Origin: Candidatus Poribacteria bacterium
GTDB taxonomy: Bacteria > Poribacteria > WGA-4E > WGA-3G
Direction: 5' to 3'
DNA length: 64,000 nt
Assembly (NCBI GenBank): GCA_965242965.1
Contig: OZ251518.1
Span: 736,001-800,000, forward strand
Of this stretch, positions 15,001-20,570 are shown one piece after another; the first letter of the stretch is position 1; each line of letters starts with the position of its first letter. A program made the translations under genes and the position numbers. The notes below the pieces were generated by a model, which saw only the letters and a list, made by a program, of their open reading frames with translations, was not told the origin of the DNA and did no database searches.

Positions 15001-18000
15001 GATTACGATGTCCAGTATGCGAAGAACGTCGCGAATCCGACATGGGTATCACATATGCACGTGGGTGCCAGCAGGTCCACGACGCTGACAGGGTTGGATA
15101 CCGGCACGACATACCAAGTGCGGGTGATGGCGAAAAACGACGAGGGGAACAGCACCTGGTCTGACACTAGCACAGGCACGACAATCGTCAACCGCGGTCC
15201 GGCGTTCAGCAGTACCGCAGCCACTGCGAGTGTCGACGAGAATTCCGCAATCACGACAGACATATATACGTTTATTGATGGGACGGCCGCAACGGATGCC
15301 GATCCGCAAGACAGCGTCACCGGTTACACGGTGACAGGCGGTGCCGATAAGACGAAGTTTGAGATTCAGGATACGAACAAACTGCGGCTGAAGAATGTGC
15401 CGGATTATGAGGCGCAGTCCTCCTATGTGGTAGAAGTGAAAGCGACGAGCGGTGCCGGCGCGCGTGCACTCCAAAGTGATGCGCTGACAATTACCGTCAG
15501 CGTTACTGATGTCCCCGAGCCGCCCAATACGCCGGATGCACCACGCATCACGGAAACTGCGCTCACCACATTGAATGTGAGTTGGAGTGAGCCAGACAAC
15601 GACGGCAAGCCGCCGATAACCGACTATGATGTGCGGTATGGCAAAAACGGCGCGAATCCGATGGTGTGGGTGGCGCATACACACGTGGGAGCCGGCAGGT
15701 CCACGACGCTGAGAGACTTGGATACCGGCACGAATTATGATGTGCAAGTGCTGGCGAGAAACGACGAGGGTGCCAGCGACTGGTCCCCCTCCGGCAAAGG
15801 GATGACAATCGTCAACAAAGGTCCGAAGTTTGAGACATCTCAGGTACTGGGCATTGATGAAAATCAGGTGATTGTCGGCCTGTTAACTGCCATGGATCCG
15901 GACGCAGAAGTTGACAACACCTTTACCTACAAGATTGTTGGCGGTGCAGATGGAAACCTCTTTGTGATTGGGGCTAGCGTTAGCAACGCGGAGGGGCAGT
16001 TTGCCGCCGTGCGGGGTGCAGAAAGCAACGCTCAAGAAGCAAGCATCCCCGGCCTGCTGAAGTTTAAGAGCGGTATGGCACCGGACTATGAGAACCCTGA
16101 AGACTCCGATAAAAACAGAGAGTATATCGTCACCGTCGAAGTGACAAGTGGAACCGGGGCTCGCGCCATGTCAACAAGACAAGACTTCAAGGTGAACACG
16201 AGAGACGTGAGGCCACGCAACGTCGAACAGCCGATAGTCACACCTGTTGATGGCGACGGCACCAAGTTGAAAGTGGAGTGGGCAGCCCCGAGGAGGGAGA
16301 TCTCAGACCTGCCAGTCAACGGTTATCGTGTCCAGTATAGTGCCGATAAGTCGGGGCTATGGACAGAGCACGACTACGAAGGTGCTGAACCCCCAGACCC
16401 GGCACTGGTGCTCAGCGGGTTGAAACCGAGTACCGAGTATGAAGTCCAAGTCCAAGCGCGAAGTTTAGACAGAGGCTCCTGGGAGGACAGCGATTGGTCT
16501 GAATCTGGCGAAGCCACGACAGATTCCGCAGATCCGGCGCGGGATGGGAGTAATTCGCCGCCGCGCTTCATGAGCAAGGCGCAGCCGACTATTCCCGAAA
16601 ATACCATGCCGGTGATAACGCTCGTCGCCGTTGATGACGATGAACAAGACAAAATCATGGGCTTTGAAATCACCGGCGGCGCGGATGCAGCGATGTTTAT
16701 GATTGAAAATCACGACGAGCTGCGGTTCAAAAAAGCACCGGACTATGAAGCCATGATGGAGGACAGCAATAGCGAAGACGGTGATGACACCGAACCGACG
16801 AACGCCGACGAACTTGACGCATGTCTCGTGGAAGTCATGGCGACAAGCGGCACAGGGAAACGCGCGAAAACGGTGAAACAGATGCTGTCGGTGCGCGTCA
16901 CCGATGTTTCCGGTCCCGAAAGACCGGCGAAGCCGAAGGTTTCATCGGTTGCTGGCAGCACCAGCAAACTCCGCGTGAAATGGCGCGCCCCGGAAAGTTT
17001 CGGGCTCCCCATCAGCGATTACGATGTGCAGTATCGCGCCGATAGTGCGGGGGCATGGAAAAACGCGAAGTATGATGGCACCGGCACCAGCACCGATTTA
17101 ACGGGGTTGGAGGCGAAGGAAACCTATCTCGTGCAGGTGCGCGCGCGGAATAGCGAAGGCAGAAGCCCCTGGTCACCGAGCGGGAGCGGCTCCCCAAGTG
17201 CAGAGCCGACTGCCGATGCACCGGACACCGATTCCGGCGATCCTGACGAGGAAGGTGAATTGCCACCCGATGGCGCGCCCGCAGTGCCTGTCATCATCGA
17301 GCACAAAACCGTCGTCATCAACGAAATCGGCAACCGCACCGAGGATAAATACGACTGGGTGGAGTTGTTCAATCGCGCTTACGAGGACGTTAGTTTGAAG
17401 GACTGGAGTCTCAGCATCGTTGATAAGTCGGTTGTGCACGATGTGGCGCGGGACGCGCTGGAGTCAGCCGATGGTTCAATGCACGATGTGGAACTCGTTC
17501 ACTTCAAGACAGACATCACAATTCCGGCGCGCGGCTATTTACTCGTGATGCACAGCGATCCGCTGGCGAAAGAAAATCCGTTGGCGGGCGGCATCGCATT
17601 GGCAACCCCGCGGGAGAAGCCGCTGCCTGGGCAAGAACAATTAATGTCATCGCTGCCGTTGTCTCAGTGCTACATTGATACCGGGCTTTCGCTGCCGGAT
17701 GGCGACTTCCTGCTCATCCTGCGCGATAGCGCGACGGCGGAAGGCACCGACGAACACCTCCGCGATGTCGCCGGCAATTACTACAAACCCGCCCTGGTCG
17801 GCGCGGAACCGACGTTGATGTGGCCGCTGATACTAGATGTCCGCGATGTCTCCAACTTCAACTTCCGTAGCGATGAGGTGTGGGCGCGGGAGAACACGCG
17901 CATCGATGGATTCTGTGAGAACGCCTTCGTGCAGGCACCTTACACCGGGGTCGGCTATGACAGAGCGATTGCGCCGACGGATGCCGGTGGGAAGCATAGC

Positions 18001-19671
18001 GGCACTCCCGGCTATGCCAACGACGCACTCAAGACGAAAGCGGCGGATTTAGAGGATCCGAATTGCGTCTCCATCAGCGAGGTGATGTTTGCTACCGATA
18101 CCGTAGCGCGAGGGCCTGTCCCTCGCGATGCCGGCACTAACATCAACGGCCTCCCGCAATGGATAGAGGTATTCAACTGCTCGGAAACCGAGGCGGTGAG
18201 CATGGAAAATTGGCGGTTGGAGATTCGGAACCGTAGCAATGGCGGCGCGCGGGCGAAAGCGACGCTCATTTTCAACCAGGCACTGCTTATCCCGCCGCGT
18301 CAGACGGTGCTGCTTGTCTCCTCGTCAGAGCGCGCGATAAAACCGCGCACGGCAGGACGCGGACTCATCTCCAGCGAACCTTGGCCGACGAGTGAACATC
18401 TGCCTGAGGCGTATATCTACTCACTCTACGATGAAGCAGCCGCACAACTTCGGATGACATCCCGAAACGATAAGGTGCTGAGCCTCACCGGGTTCACGCT
18501 AACGTTGAAGGATATGACTGACGAGGTGGTAGATGTGATTGGTAATCATGTTGAAGGCGAGCCGATTGCGTGGCAGTTGCCAGTATCCAAGAGTGAATCG
18601 GGAGCGCGGAGTTCCATGCTGCGTCGTTATGTCGATGGAGACGCGGTTGATGGACAGTCGGCGGAGGCTTGGGTATCCGCCGCCGAGACGCATCTCGCCG
18701 GTGTCCAAAACGGGCTCTATTACGGTGATGCCACCGATATCAGCACACCGGGCTATCGGGGCAGCATGCTCACCACGTTTGAGATGGCGGCGACAGGCAC
18801 CAGCATCGAGCTCACCTGGCAGACCGCGTCTGAATCGAACACCGCAGGCTTTTATGTCCTCCGGTGTGACACGCGCGATGGCGAATTCGTGACGTGCAAC
18901 GATTTACTCATCCCGGGCGCAGGCACGACAAGCACACCGCAAACTTACGCATGGACAGATGCTAAGAAGACAGCCGGTGTCGCCTATTGGTATCGCTTGG
19001 AGGAAGAGTCGTTTGCGGGGGTGCGGCAAGTCTTGGCGAAGCGGCAATTGACGTTTGCTAAAGCAGATGTCAACGGCGATGGCGAGGTAAATGTGCAGGA
19101 CCTGGTTTTCGCCGCCGCCGGCAATGGACAGCCTGTCCCGCAGGCGCAAAAACAGAATCCCGATGTCAACGGTGATGGTATCGTCAATCCGCAGGATGTC
19201 CAAGCAGTGCTCGGTGTGTTAGAGGCGAAGCCGGGGGCTGCGCCAGCGTATCCGCGGCTCACGGCGAATCTCCTGCAACCGTGGATTGACGAAGCGAAGC
19301 GGCTGAATCTACCCGATGCGACTTTCCAGCGCGGTATTCGTGAATTGGAACGCCTCGCCGCTGCATTGGCAATTCCGAAGGAGACAGCACTCTTGCCGAA
19401 CTATCCGAATCCGTTCAACCCGGAGACGTGGATACCTTATGACTTGGCAGAGGCAGTCTCGGTGACGTTGACATTTTATGATGTGCGCGGTCGCGTGGTG
19501 CGGACATTGGCATTAGGGCATCGTCCGGCGGGTGTTTACCGCACTAAGGCGCGCGCAGCCTATTGGGATGGCAGAAATGCGCAAGGTGAGCGTGTGGCGA
19601 GTGGTATCTATTTCTACACCTTCACCGCTGGCGATTTCACTGCCACCGGCAAGTTAGTTGTTAGAAAGTAG
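1..19671 (+). CDS. Giant surface adhesin: alternating cadherin-like and fibronectin type III repeats, lamin-tail domains, dockerin-like pair, C-terminal FlgD/T9SS-like sorting domain (5' end lies outside the window)
   Basis: Frame is open from base 1. About 27 cadherin-like units (ATDxD...AxF.I...G.L.F...PDYE) and about 25 FN3 units (LxVxW..P...Y.VQY...Y.VQVRA.N..G...WS). LTD motifs INEIGN..DWVEL and ISEVMF..QWIE; DVNGDG twice; tail NYPNPFNPETWIPY...YWDGRN..GE.VASGIYFY. Confidence 0.9.
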   Translation, partial: QQPGIPEQEHQIVLPSNGIFLVQVKPSNRRDGTPSDKIPVVTNGVNTNPAFSSGTQFWIPEHQTRVSNFTAAATDADPEDRRIRYELNTTFGDAALFQIDSTTGAFSFRQPPDYENPRDVKTVLSSFQTSPAGDNVYLVKFKATGDVPDTYKSYTVGYKPSPDRARSTEQLVTITVFDVIEHLGTPDAPTVTVSAQVDTNGRNKLLVRWDAPDNTGPPIIGYDLQYRDTATLPFTGNGNDVAFTGAGTSLIYARSNGNVNYQFRVRAKNNDGKSLWSDWGSVVINTPPVFSSANTANVAENTTSTGITVTATDADTGDTAPRYAITGGVDAGKFTLDSTTGVLTFTNAPDYDNPTDLASTDPVNAANNNVYLVQVTATSGVAPRLATASQLITVTVTNVIEPPGTPDAPTVVSGFSANSILLLNVTWTAPSNTGPAIDDYDVRYRFKVTSGNPIPWTDAGHTGTATSLQLTNALNNTTYEVQVRAHNTEGWSPWSDSGEETAIDNNAPRFTMSSTSFEVPEHYYKPWRKIAQLTAVDDDNLDDVRSFSIVGGADAQKFKLFSSGQLWWDFFINRLPAPDYENPVDAASTTVPKATAGDNVYSIVVQVESEGIAPGMTAQQRVARRRSTRQTLTITVTDVDEPPGALTSLAAQPHSSNETHLDVSWQPPNMTGKPPITGYDVRYRKQGTTAWSIVSAKYVPLFAGASRTGALLNVGQDTGTGDKYIVLDRLTKSTTYEVQLRAKNDEGKGPWSDSATATTNAQPTVTPTSFTVQENQRSVGTFSVTDSDQQDNAYITYAIPAISVSLSPDHAQFTVDAQGNLQTVSASGLDYENPTSASGTNTYTFTLQVRSGPAANHKRNRISLPTITVTVTNGNELPGKPSPPGVSPAPASNSKLDVTWSAPSNPGPAIKYYNLRYRKGTTGSFTVLNANILPPSGGAVPARRLTGLQADSSYEVQVRAVNGEGSGPWSDSGTGRTNAAGADPLTDNQVPRFTSNASFSVVENTTAVGTVTATDADTQDNVTGYTLGGADSSKFQITGGGVLTFITAPDHEAPVSTDSSNLYIVTVTASSGVGNRARTASQVVSVTVTDVPPPTAPDSIDVRPTSGTSLTLSWSAASTTAGYAVTDYDVRYSGDSGTTWTDVAHDTDARSATISSLSSNIDYSIQVRATSYEGTGPWSPSATGWTNAPPVVTADKLYTVVENSPPSTTIATFTASDADSRDGTPTLVLEGADKSQFVLSSSGVLTFKVAPNFERPTDVLNTAPTAPADRSEHWDNDYSLRVKATSGTGQRLASTYTPWFKVRVTNIPPPEKPAAPTLTAASATPSELGVTWTAPTTTSGYPITDYDLRFRRVTSENNGIYAYPRHSGTSRTKTLRYLATGTAYEVQVRARNSEGTGPWSDVAQRSTAANAAPTFSTTAFSVNEGLSTVGTVIATDSDSADSVVKYEIGGGSDSAKFSIVEEGENAGKLTFVSLPDFENPTDIAHSAPTPTNAAANNEYIVFIVATSGTAAREEQTYQRITVTVNDVNEAPVLSPITLSAVEENTTAVTTVTATDPDETSGGEARDVITYTLSGADSGKFQITPEGVLTFVTAPDFENPGDVLSTTPTNPASDNEYVVVVTATSAAGTPRELSAPSRTLIVEVSDALEPPAAPDAPSVSAVTGWPDKLDVTWTAPANTGKPAILHYHVQYQKSGAADWTSHSSEIAAATTTLRITGLESGASYNVQVRADNVEGEGTWSRSGTGTTNALTSWLPQFGSVDPTYPVAENTTAVGTITATDATNADVTFSIPGTDTAGGVDRAKFSITAGGVLTFNTAPNYEDAQDAESTSPANAAGNNEYIVKVEAAASGRGSATQTVTVRVTDVDEEPGKPLAPTVRAATATPTKLSVTWTAPTNTGPDINDYDVQYRAGSTGQFTDASYDGTGTSTTLTGLTQGTAYEVQVRATNPEDTGSWSDSGSATTAGNAKPSFTTMAFSVVENITGVGTVTATDSDSGDSITRYAITGGADSTKFSITETGANIGKLVFSAAPDFEANGSAASNNSYKVEITATSGTADRQATTAATFTITVTNAVEKPIAPGRPTVEAVTTNPAALSVSWSAPANAGKPAITGYQLQYRKGSTGTFSSAAGTVTGTSTTLRGLDTGTSYQVRVQATNADGDSTWSDPGTGTTATNVKPTFSSTTLSVAENETTVDTVTATDSDASDSVTRYQITGGADRAKFSITETGTNIGKLVFDSAPDYEASASAAGNNTYKIHITVTSGTGARQLTTARAFTITVTDAPEPPAAPGTPSVSAVTGWPDRLDVTWTAPANTGKPAIQHYHVRYGVDEATVSWTEKTGTADEITGTLTTRLTGLSSGETYQVQVRADNAEGTGTWSRSGKGTTTALTALLPPAFGSVNPLTYDVEENTTAVGTITPTNTRVTFSIPTTAATGGVDRAKFSITSNGVLTFVTAPDYENAQDLASTSPSNAAGNNEYIVKVKAAASGWGSVTQTVLVTVTNALEPPAAPGTPSVSAVENWPDRLDVTWIAPLNTGKPAIQHYHVRYGVDGASVTWTEKTGTADEITGTLTTRLTGLASGETYQVQVRADNAEGTGTWSRSGTGTTNALTSWLPQFGSVDPTYDVAENTTAVQTITATDATNAQITFSIPGTDATGGVDRAKFSITAGGVLTFVAAPNYEDAQDAESTSPVNAAGNNEYIVKVQAAASGRGSATQTVTVRVTNVREKPGKPLAPTVRAADATPTKLSVTWAAPTNTGPAIDDYDVQYRAGSTGLFTDASYDGTGTSTTLTGLTQGTLYEVQVRATSDEGTGSWSDSGSATTAGNAKPSFTTTALSVEENLTSVGTVTATDSDIGDSIAGYAITGGADETKFSITASTGALVFQTAPDFEANGSAASNNSYKVEITATSGTGARLATKAATFTITVTNAMEKPIAPGMPTVNGVATNPAALSVSWSAPANAGKPAITGYQLQYRKGSENFTLAAGTVTGTSTTLRGLDTGTSYDVEVRAVNVDGESPWSDTGTGTTTTNVKPSFTSSATFSVVENTTAVGTVTATDSDTDDSVTGYAVTGGADSAKFSITASTGALVFSAAPDYEANASAAGNNTYKVQVTATSGTGARQTTAAQAITVTVTDATEKPLVPTGLKITATTLTSLTAGWNAPNNVGRPALRGYDVTYRQGNSGAWTDAGHTGVGTSQMLSSLTSGRSYQVRVLAKNDDGSSGWTSPVTGTTETDTAPSFTSAASFSLDENTTTVGTVVATDSDSGDSILRYAITGGADQAKFSITETGANIGKLVFSAAPDHEAKASAAGNNTYKVQVTATSGQGTRSLSTAQSITVTVNNVNEPPAKPGTPVVQAVAYYVDKLDVSWDPPTNTGKPAILHYHVQYQKSSATNWTLHSSEIAAGTTTLRLTGLEASATYNVQVRADNNEGEGTWSNSGIGTTNANAVLLPTFDPPEGTGGDGPTIDPPSGVDALYTVAENTTAVATITATDRTNAQVTFSIPTTDATGGVDRERFSITRLGGVLRFVAAPNYENPQDVASTSPVNAANNNEYIVKVTATASGRGSATQTLRVTVTDVREKPGKPLAPTVRAATATPTQLSVTWAAPTNTGPAITDYDVQYRAGSTGTFTDASYDGTVTSTTLTGLTQGTAYEVQVRATSPEDTGSWSDSGSGTTAGNAKPSFTTTALSVEENLTSVGTVTATDADDTVTGYAITGGADETKFTITKTGTNKGKLVFNTAPDYEANGSDAGDNAYKVEITATSGTGARLATTAATFTITVTNAVEKPIAPGMPTVEAVATNPAQLSVSWTAPANAGKPAITGYQLQYRKGNTGNFTSAAGTVTRTSTTLRGLDTGTSYQVQVQAKNDDGKSLWSASGTGTTATNAAPSFSTTSPFSVPENTTAVGTVTATDADTDDTVTGYAITGGADETKFSITATTGALVFQTAPDYEANASAAGNNTYKVEVTATSGTGARILSTAQSITVTVGDVDEPPAKPGTPVVQAVAHYDDKLKVSWTAPANTGKPAITDYDVQYQKNGAASWETHAHDGTGVTTQLTGLDENTKYFVKVQAISHEGETWSDAGSGRTNVNAVLLPEFEPPEGTGGDGPTIDPPSGIDALYTVAENTTAVATITATDRTNAQVTFSIPGTDATGGVDRERFSITTGGVLTFSAAPDYENPQDVASTSPVNAANNNEYIVKVQATATGRGSATQTVRVTVTDVNEGPAFSSASAFSVQENITAVTTVTATDPDRESDGATARDSITYTVEGTDASLFSISSTGALSFSTAPNFEVPGDKASIEPENAAENNEYLVTVKATSGTVARAKSAKLPLVVTVTDMPEKPGKPAKPTVTAVTNSVTKLDVSWNPPDNTGPPISGYNVQYKKSTAGSFTDISGDITTVSKRLTSLLPETSYQVRVRAKSVEGIGAWSDPETGTTNAYSDISPSQDNRRPRFTTSNSFSVPENSTAVTTVNAVDDDSGDGAPSYEITGGADSAKFSITASTGALVFSPAPDYEAKASAAGNNTYKVEITATTGGNGDRRLTASQNLTITVTNANEPPDAPTGLTVNGSTTTPMQLDVSWTAPTVPTSIPSLSGYDVEYRKGATGSWSSLTHTGTGRTAAITSLMAGASYQVRVRAKNSEGKSGWAQESGTTAGNAKPIFSTTTFSVDENTTAVGTVTATDSDDTVTGYAITGGADETKFSITASTGALVFDPAPNYEAKASAAGNNTYKVEITATSGTGARQATNAQPFTITVTNVLEAPEKPEKPTVTGLPEYPKRLKVSWTVPTNTGPEITEYQLQYRQEGVVAFTKAAGAVTTGTSTTLRGFTPGTTYEVQVKAKNAEGTSTWSDTGSGSTAANADAVFANSDTASVDENSPITTNILTLNATDADAGDSVSYSLSGGADAGAFTIADTNKLRFTTVPNHESPTDAASTSPSNAARNNEYIVVVKATSGTDERMTTAKQTLTITVTDVREPPDKPTAPSISDATLTTLKVSWTAPANAGKPTIDDYDVQYAKNVANPTWVSHMHVGASRSTTLTGLDTGTTYQVRVMAKNDEGNSTWSDTSTGTTIVNRGPAFSSTAATASVDENSAITTDIYTFIDGTAATDADPQDSVTGYTVTGGADKTKFEIQDTNKLRLKNVPDYEAQSSYVVEVKATSGAGARALQSDALTITVSVTDVPEPPNTPDAPRITETALTTLNVSWSEPDNDGKPPITDYDVRYGKNGANPMVWVAHTHVGAGRSTTLRDLDTGTNYDVQVLARNDEGASDWSPSGKGMTIVNKGPKFETSQVLGIDENQVIVGLLTAMDPDAEVDNTFTYKIVGGADGNLFVIGASVSNAEGQFAAVRGAESNAQEASIPGLLKFKSGMAPDYENPEDSDKNREYIVTVEVTSGTGARAMSTRQDFKVNTRDVRPRNVEQPIVTPVDGDGTKLKVEWAAPRREISDLPVNGYRVQYSADKSGLWTEHDYEGAEPPDPALVLSGLKPSTEYEVQVQARSLDRGSWEDSDWSESGEATTDSADPARDGSNSPPRFMSKAQPTIPENTMPVITLVAVDDDEQDKIMGFEITGGADAAMFMIENHDELRFKKAPDYEAMMEDSNSEDGDDTEPTNADELDACLVEVMATSGTGKRAKTVKQMLSVRVTDVSGPERPAKPKVSSVAGSTSKLRVKWRAPESFGLPISDYDVQYRADSAGAWKNAKYDGTGTSTDLTGLEAKETYLVQVRARNSEGRSPWSPSGSGSPSAEPTADAPDTDSGDPDEEGELPPDGAPAVPVIIEHKTVVINEIGNRTEDKYDWVELFNRAYEDVSLKDWSLSIVDKSVVHDVARDALESADGSMHDVELVHFKTDITIPARGYLLVMHSDPLAKENPLAGGIALATPREKPLPGQEQLMSSLPLSQCYIDTGLSLPDGDFLLILRDSATAEGTDEHLRDVAGNYYKPALVGAEPTLMWPLILDVRDVSNFNFRSDEVWARENTRIDGFCENAFVQAPYTGVGYDRAIAPTDAGGKHSGTPGYANDALKTKAADLEDPNCVSISEVMFATDTVARGPVPRDAGTNINGLPQWIEVFNCSETEAVSMENWRLEIRNRSNGGARAKATLIFNQALLIPPRQTVLLVSSSERAIKPRTAGRGLISSEPWPTSEHLPEAYIYSLYDEAAAQLRMTSRNDKVLSLTGFTLTLKDMTDEVVDVIGNHVEGEPIAWQLPVSKSESGARSSMLRRYVDGDAVDGQSAEAWVSAAETHLAGVQNGLYYGDATDISTPGYRGSMLTTFEMAATGTSIELTWQTASESNTAGFYVLRCDTRDGEFVTCNDLLIPGAGTTSTPQTYAWTDAKKTAGVAYWYRLEEESFAGVRQVLAKRQLTFAKADVNGDGEVNVQDLVFAAAGNGQPVPQAQKQNPDVNGDGIVNPQDVQAVLGVLEAKPGAAPAYPRLTANLLQPWIDEAKRLNLPDATFQRGIRELERLAAALAIPKETALLPNYPNPFNPETWIPYDLAEAVSVTLTFYDVRGRVVRTLALGHRPAGVYRTKARAAYWDGRNAQGERVASGIYFYTFTAGDFTATGKLVVRK

Positions 19672-19687
19672 TGGTCGGCTCCCGGCC

Positions 19688-20553
19688 CCCGTAGCGCGAG
19701 GGCCTGTCCCTCGCGATCGCATCGGTAGGGCGCGGCTCTGTAGTTCGGGATCGCCTGATCCCGAACGGGCAAGATGGCCGTTTCCGTAGCGCGAGGGCCT
19801 GTCCCTCGCGATTGTATCGGTGAAAAAAAACGGTTTTTGTTCTCTTCAGGTCCTTTAGGTCCTGCATGTCTATAGCACGCCGCGACATGAAGAGCCCTAA
19901 GGTCCTTTAGGTCCTTAATAGCTTTTGACGCGCCGCGTGTTTTCCGATTAAGGTCCTAACGGACCTTGAAAAGGGGGGAGCGCGTGTATCTATAGACATT
20001 TAGGTCCTAACGGACCTAGAAACGGCATCGTGACGCTAGCGATCGCGGGGGACAGGCCCCCGCGCTACAATAAAAAAGACGGTGCTCGTTATCGTAGGGC
20101 GTGGGCCTGTCCCGCGCCGTGCTGAGGATACTCAATACGCTAGCGATCGCGGGGGACAGGCCCCCGCGCTACGATGAAAAAGACGGTGCTCGTTATCGTA
20201 GGGCGTGGGCCTGTCCCGCGCCGTGCTGAGGATACTCAATACGCTAGCGATCGCGGGGGACAGGCCCCCGCGCTACGATAAAAGAGACGGTGCTCGTTAC
20301 CGTAGGGCGCGGGCCTGTCCCGCGCCGTGCTGAGGATACTCGATATGCCGTAGGGCGCGGGCCTGTCCCGCGCCAGGCCGCATGACGAAAAACGCTCTTC
20401 AGGTCCTTTAGGTCCTGCATGTCTAGAGCACGCCGCATCACGAAAAACTAAGGTCCGTAGGACCTTAATCGCCGAGGTATTGCATCGAGACCGGGAGGTC
20501 TCTCCTACGGGGTGCCCGCTGGCCCCGTAGCGCGAGGGCCTGTCCCTCGCGAT
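19688..20553. repeat. REP/BIME-like cluster including three tandem 104-bp units and a four-hairpin AGGTCC/GGACCT module
   Basis: Multiple GTAGCGCGAGGGCCTGTCCCTCGCGA and related palindromes; tandem units start at 20033, 20137 and 20241. Confidence 0.9.
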
Positions 20554-20570
20554 CGAAAAGGAGAAAATAA

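Noticed and set aside
103-19262. Many antisense and alternate-frame ORFs within the giant adhesin
   Set aside because: Shadow ORFs caused by GC-rich repetitive coding sequence.
20033-20344. Possible CRISPR array
   Set aside because: The intervening sequences are near-identical rather than unique spacers, the units are REP doublets, and no cas genes are present.
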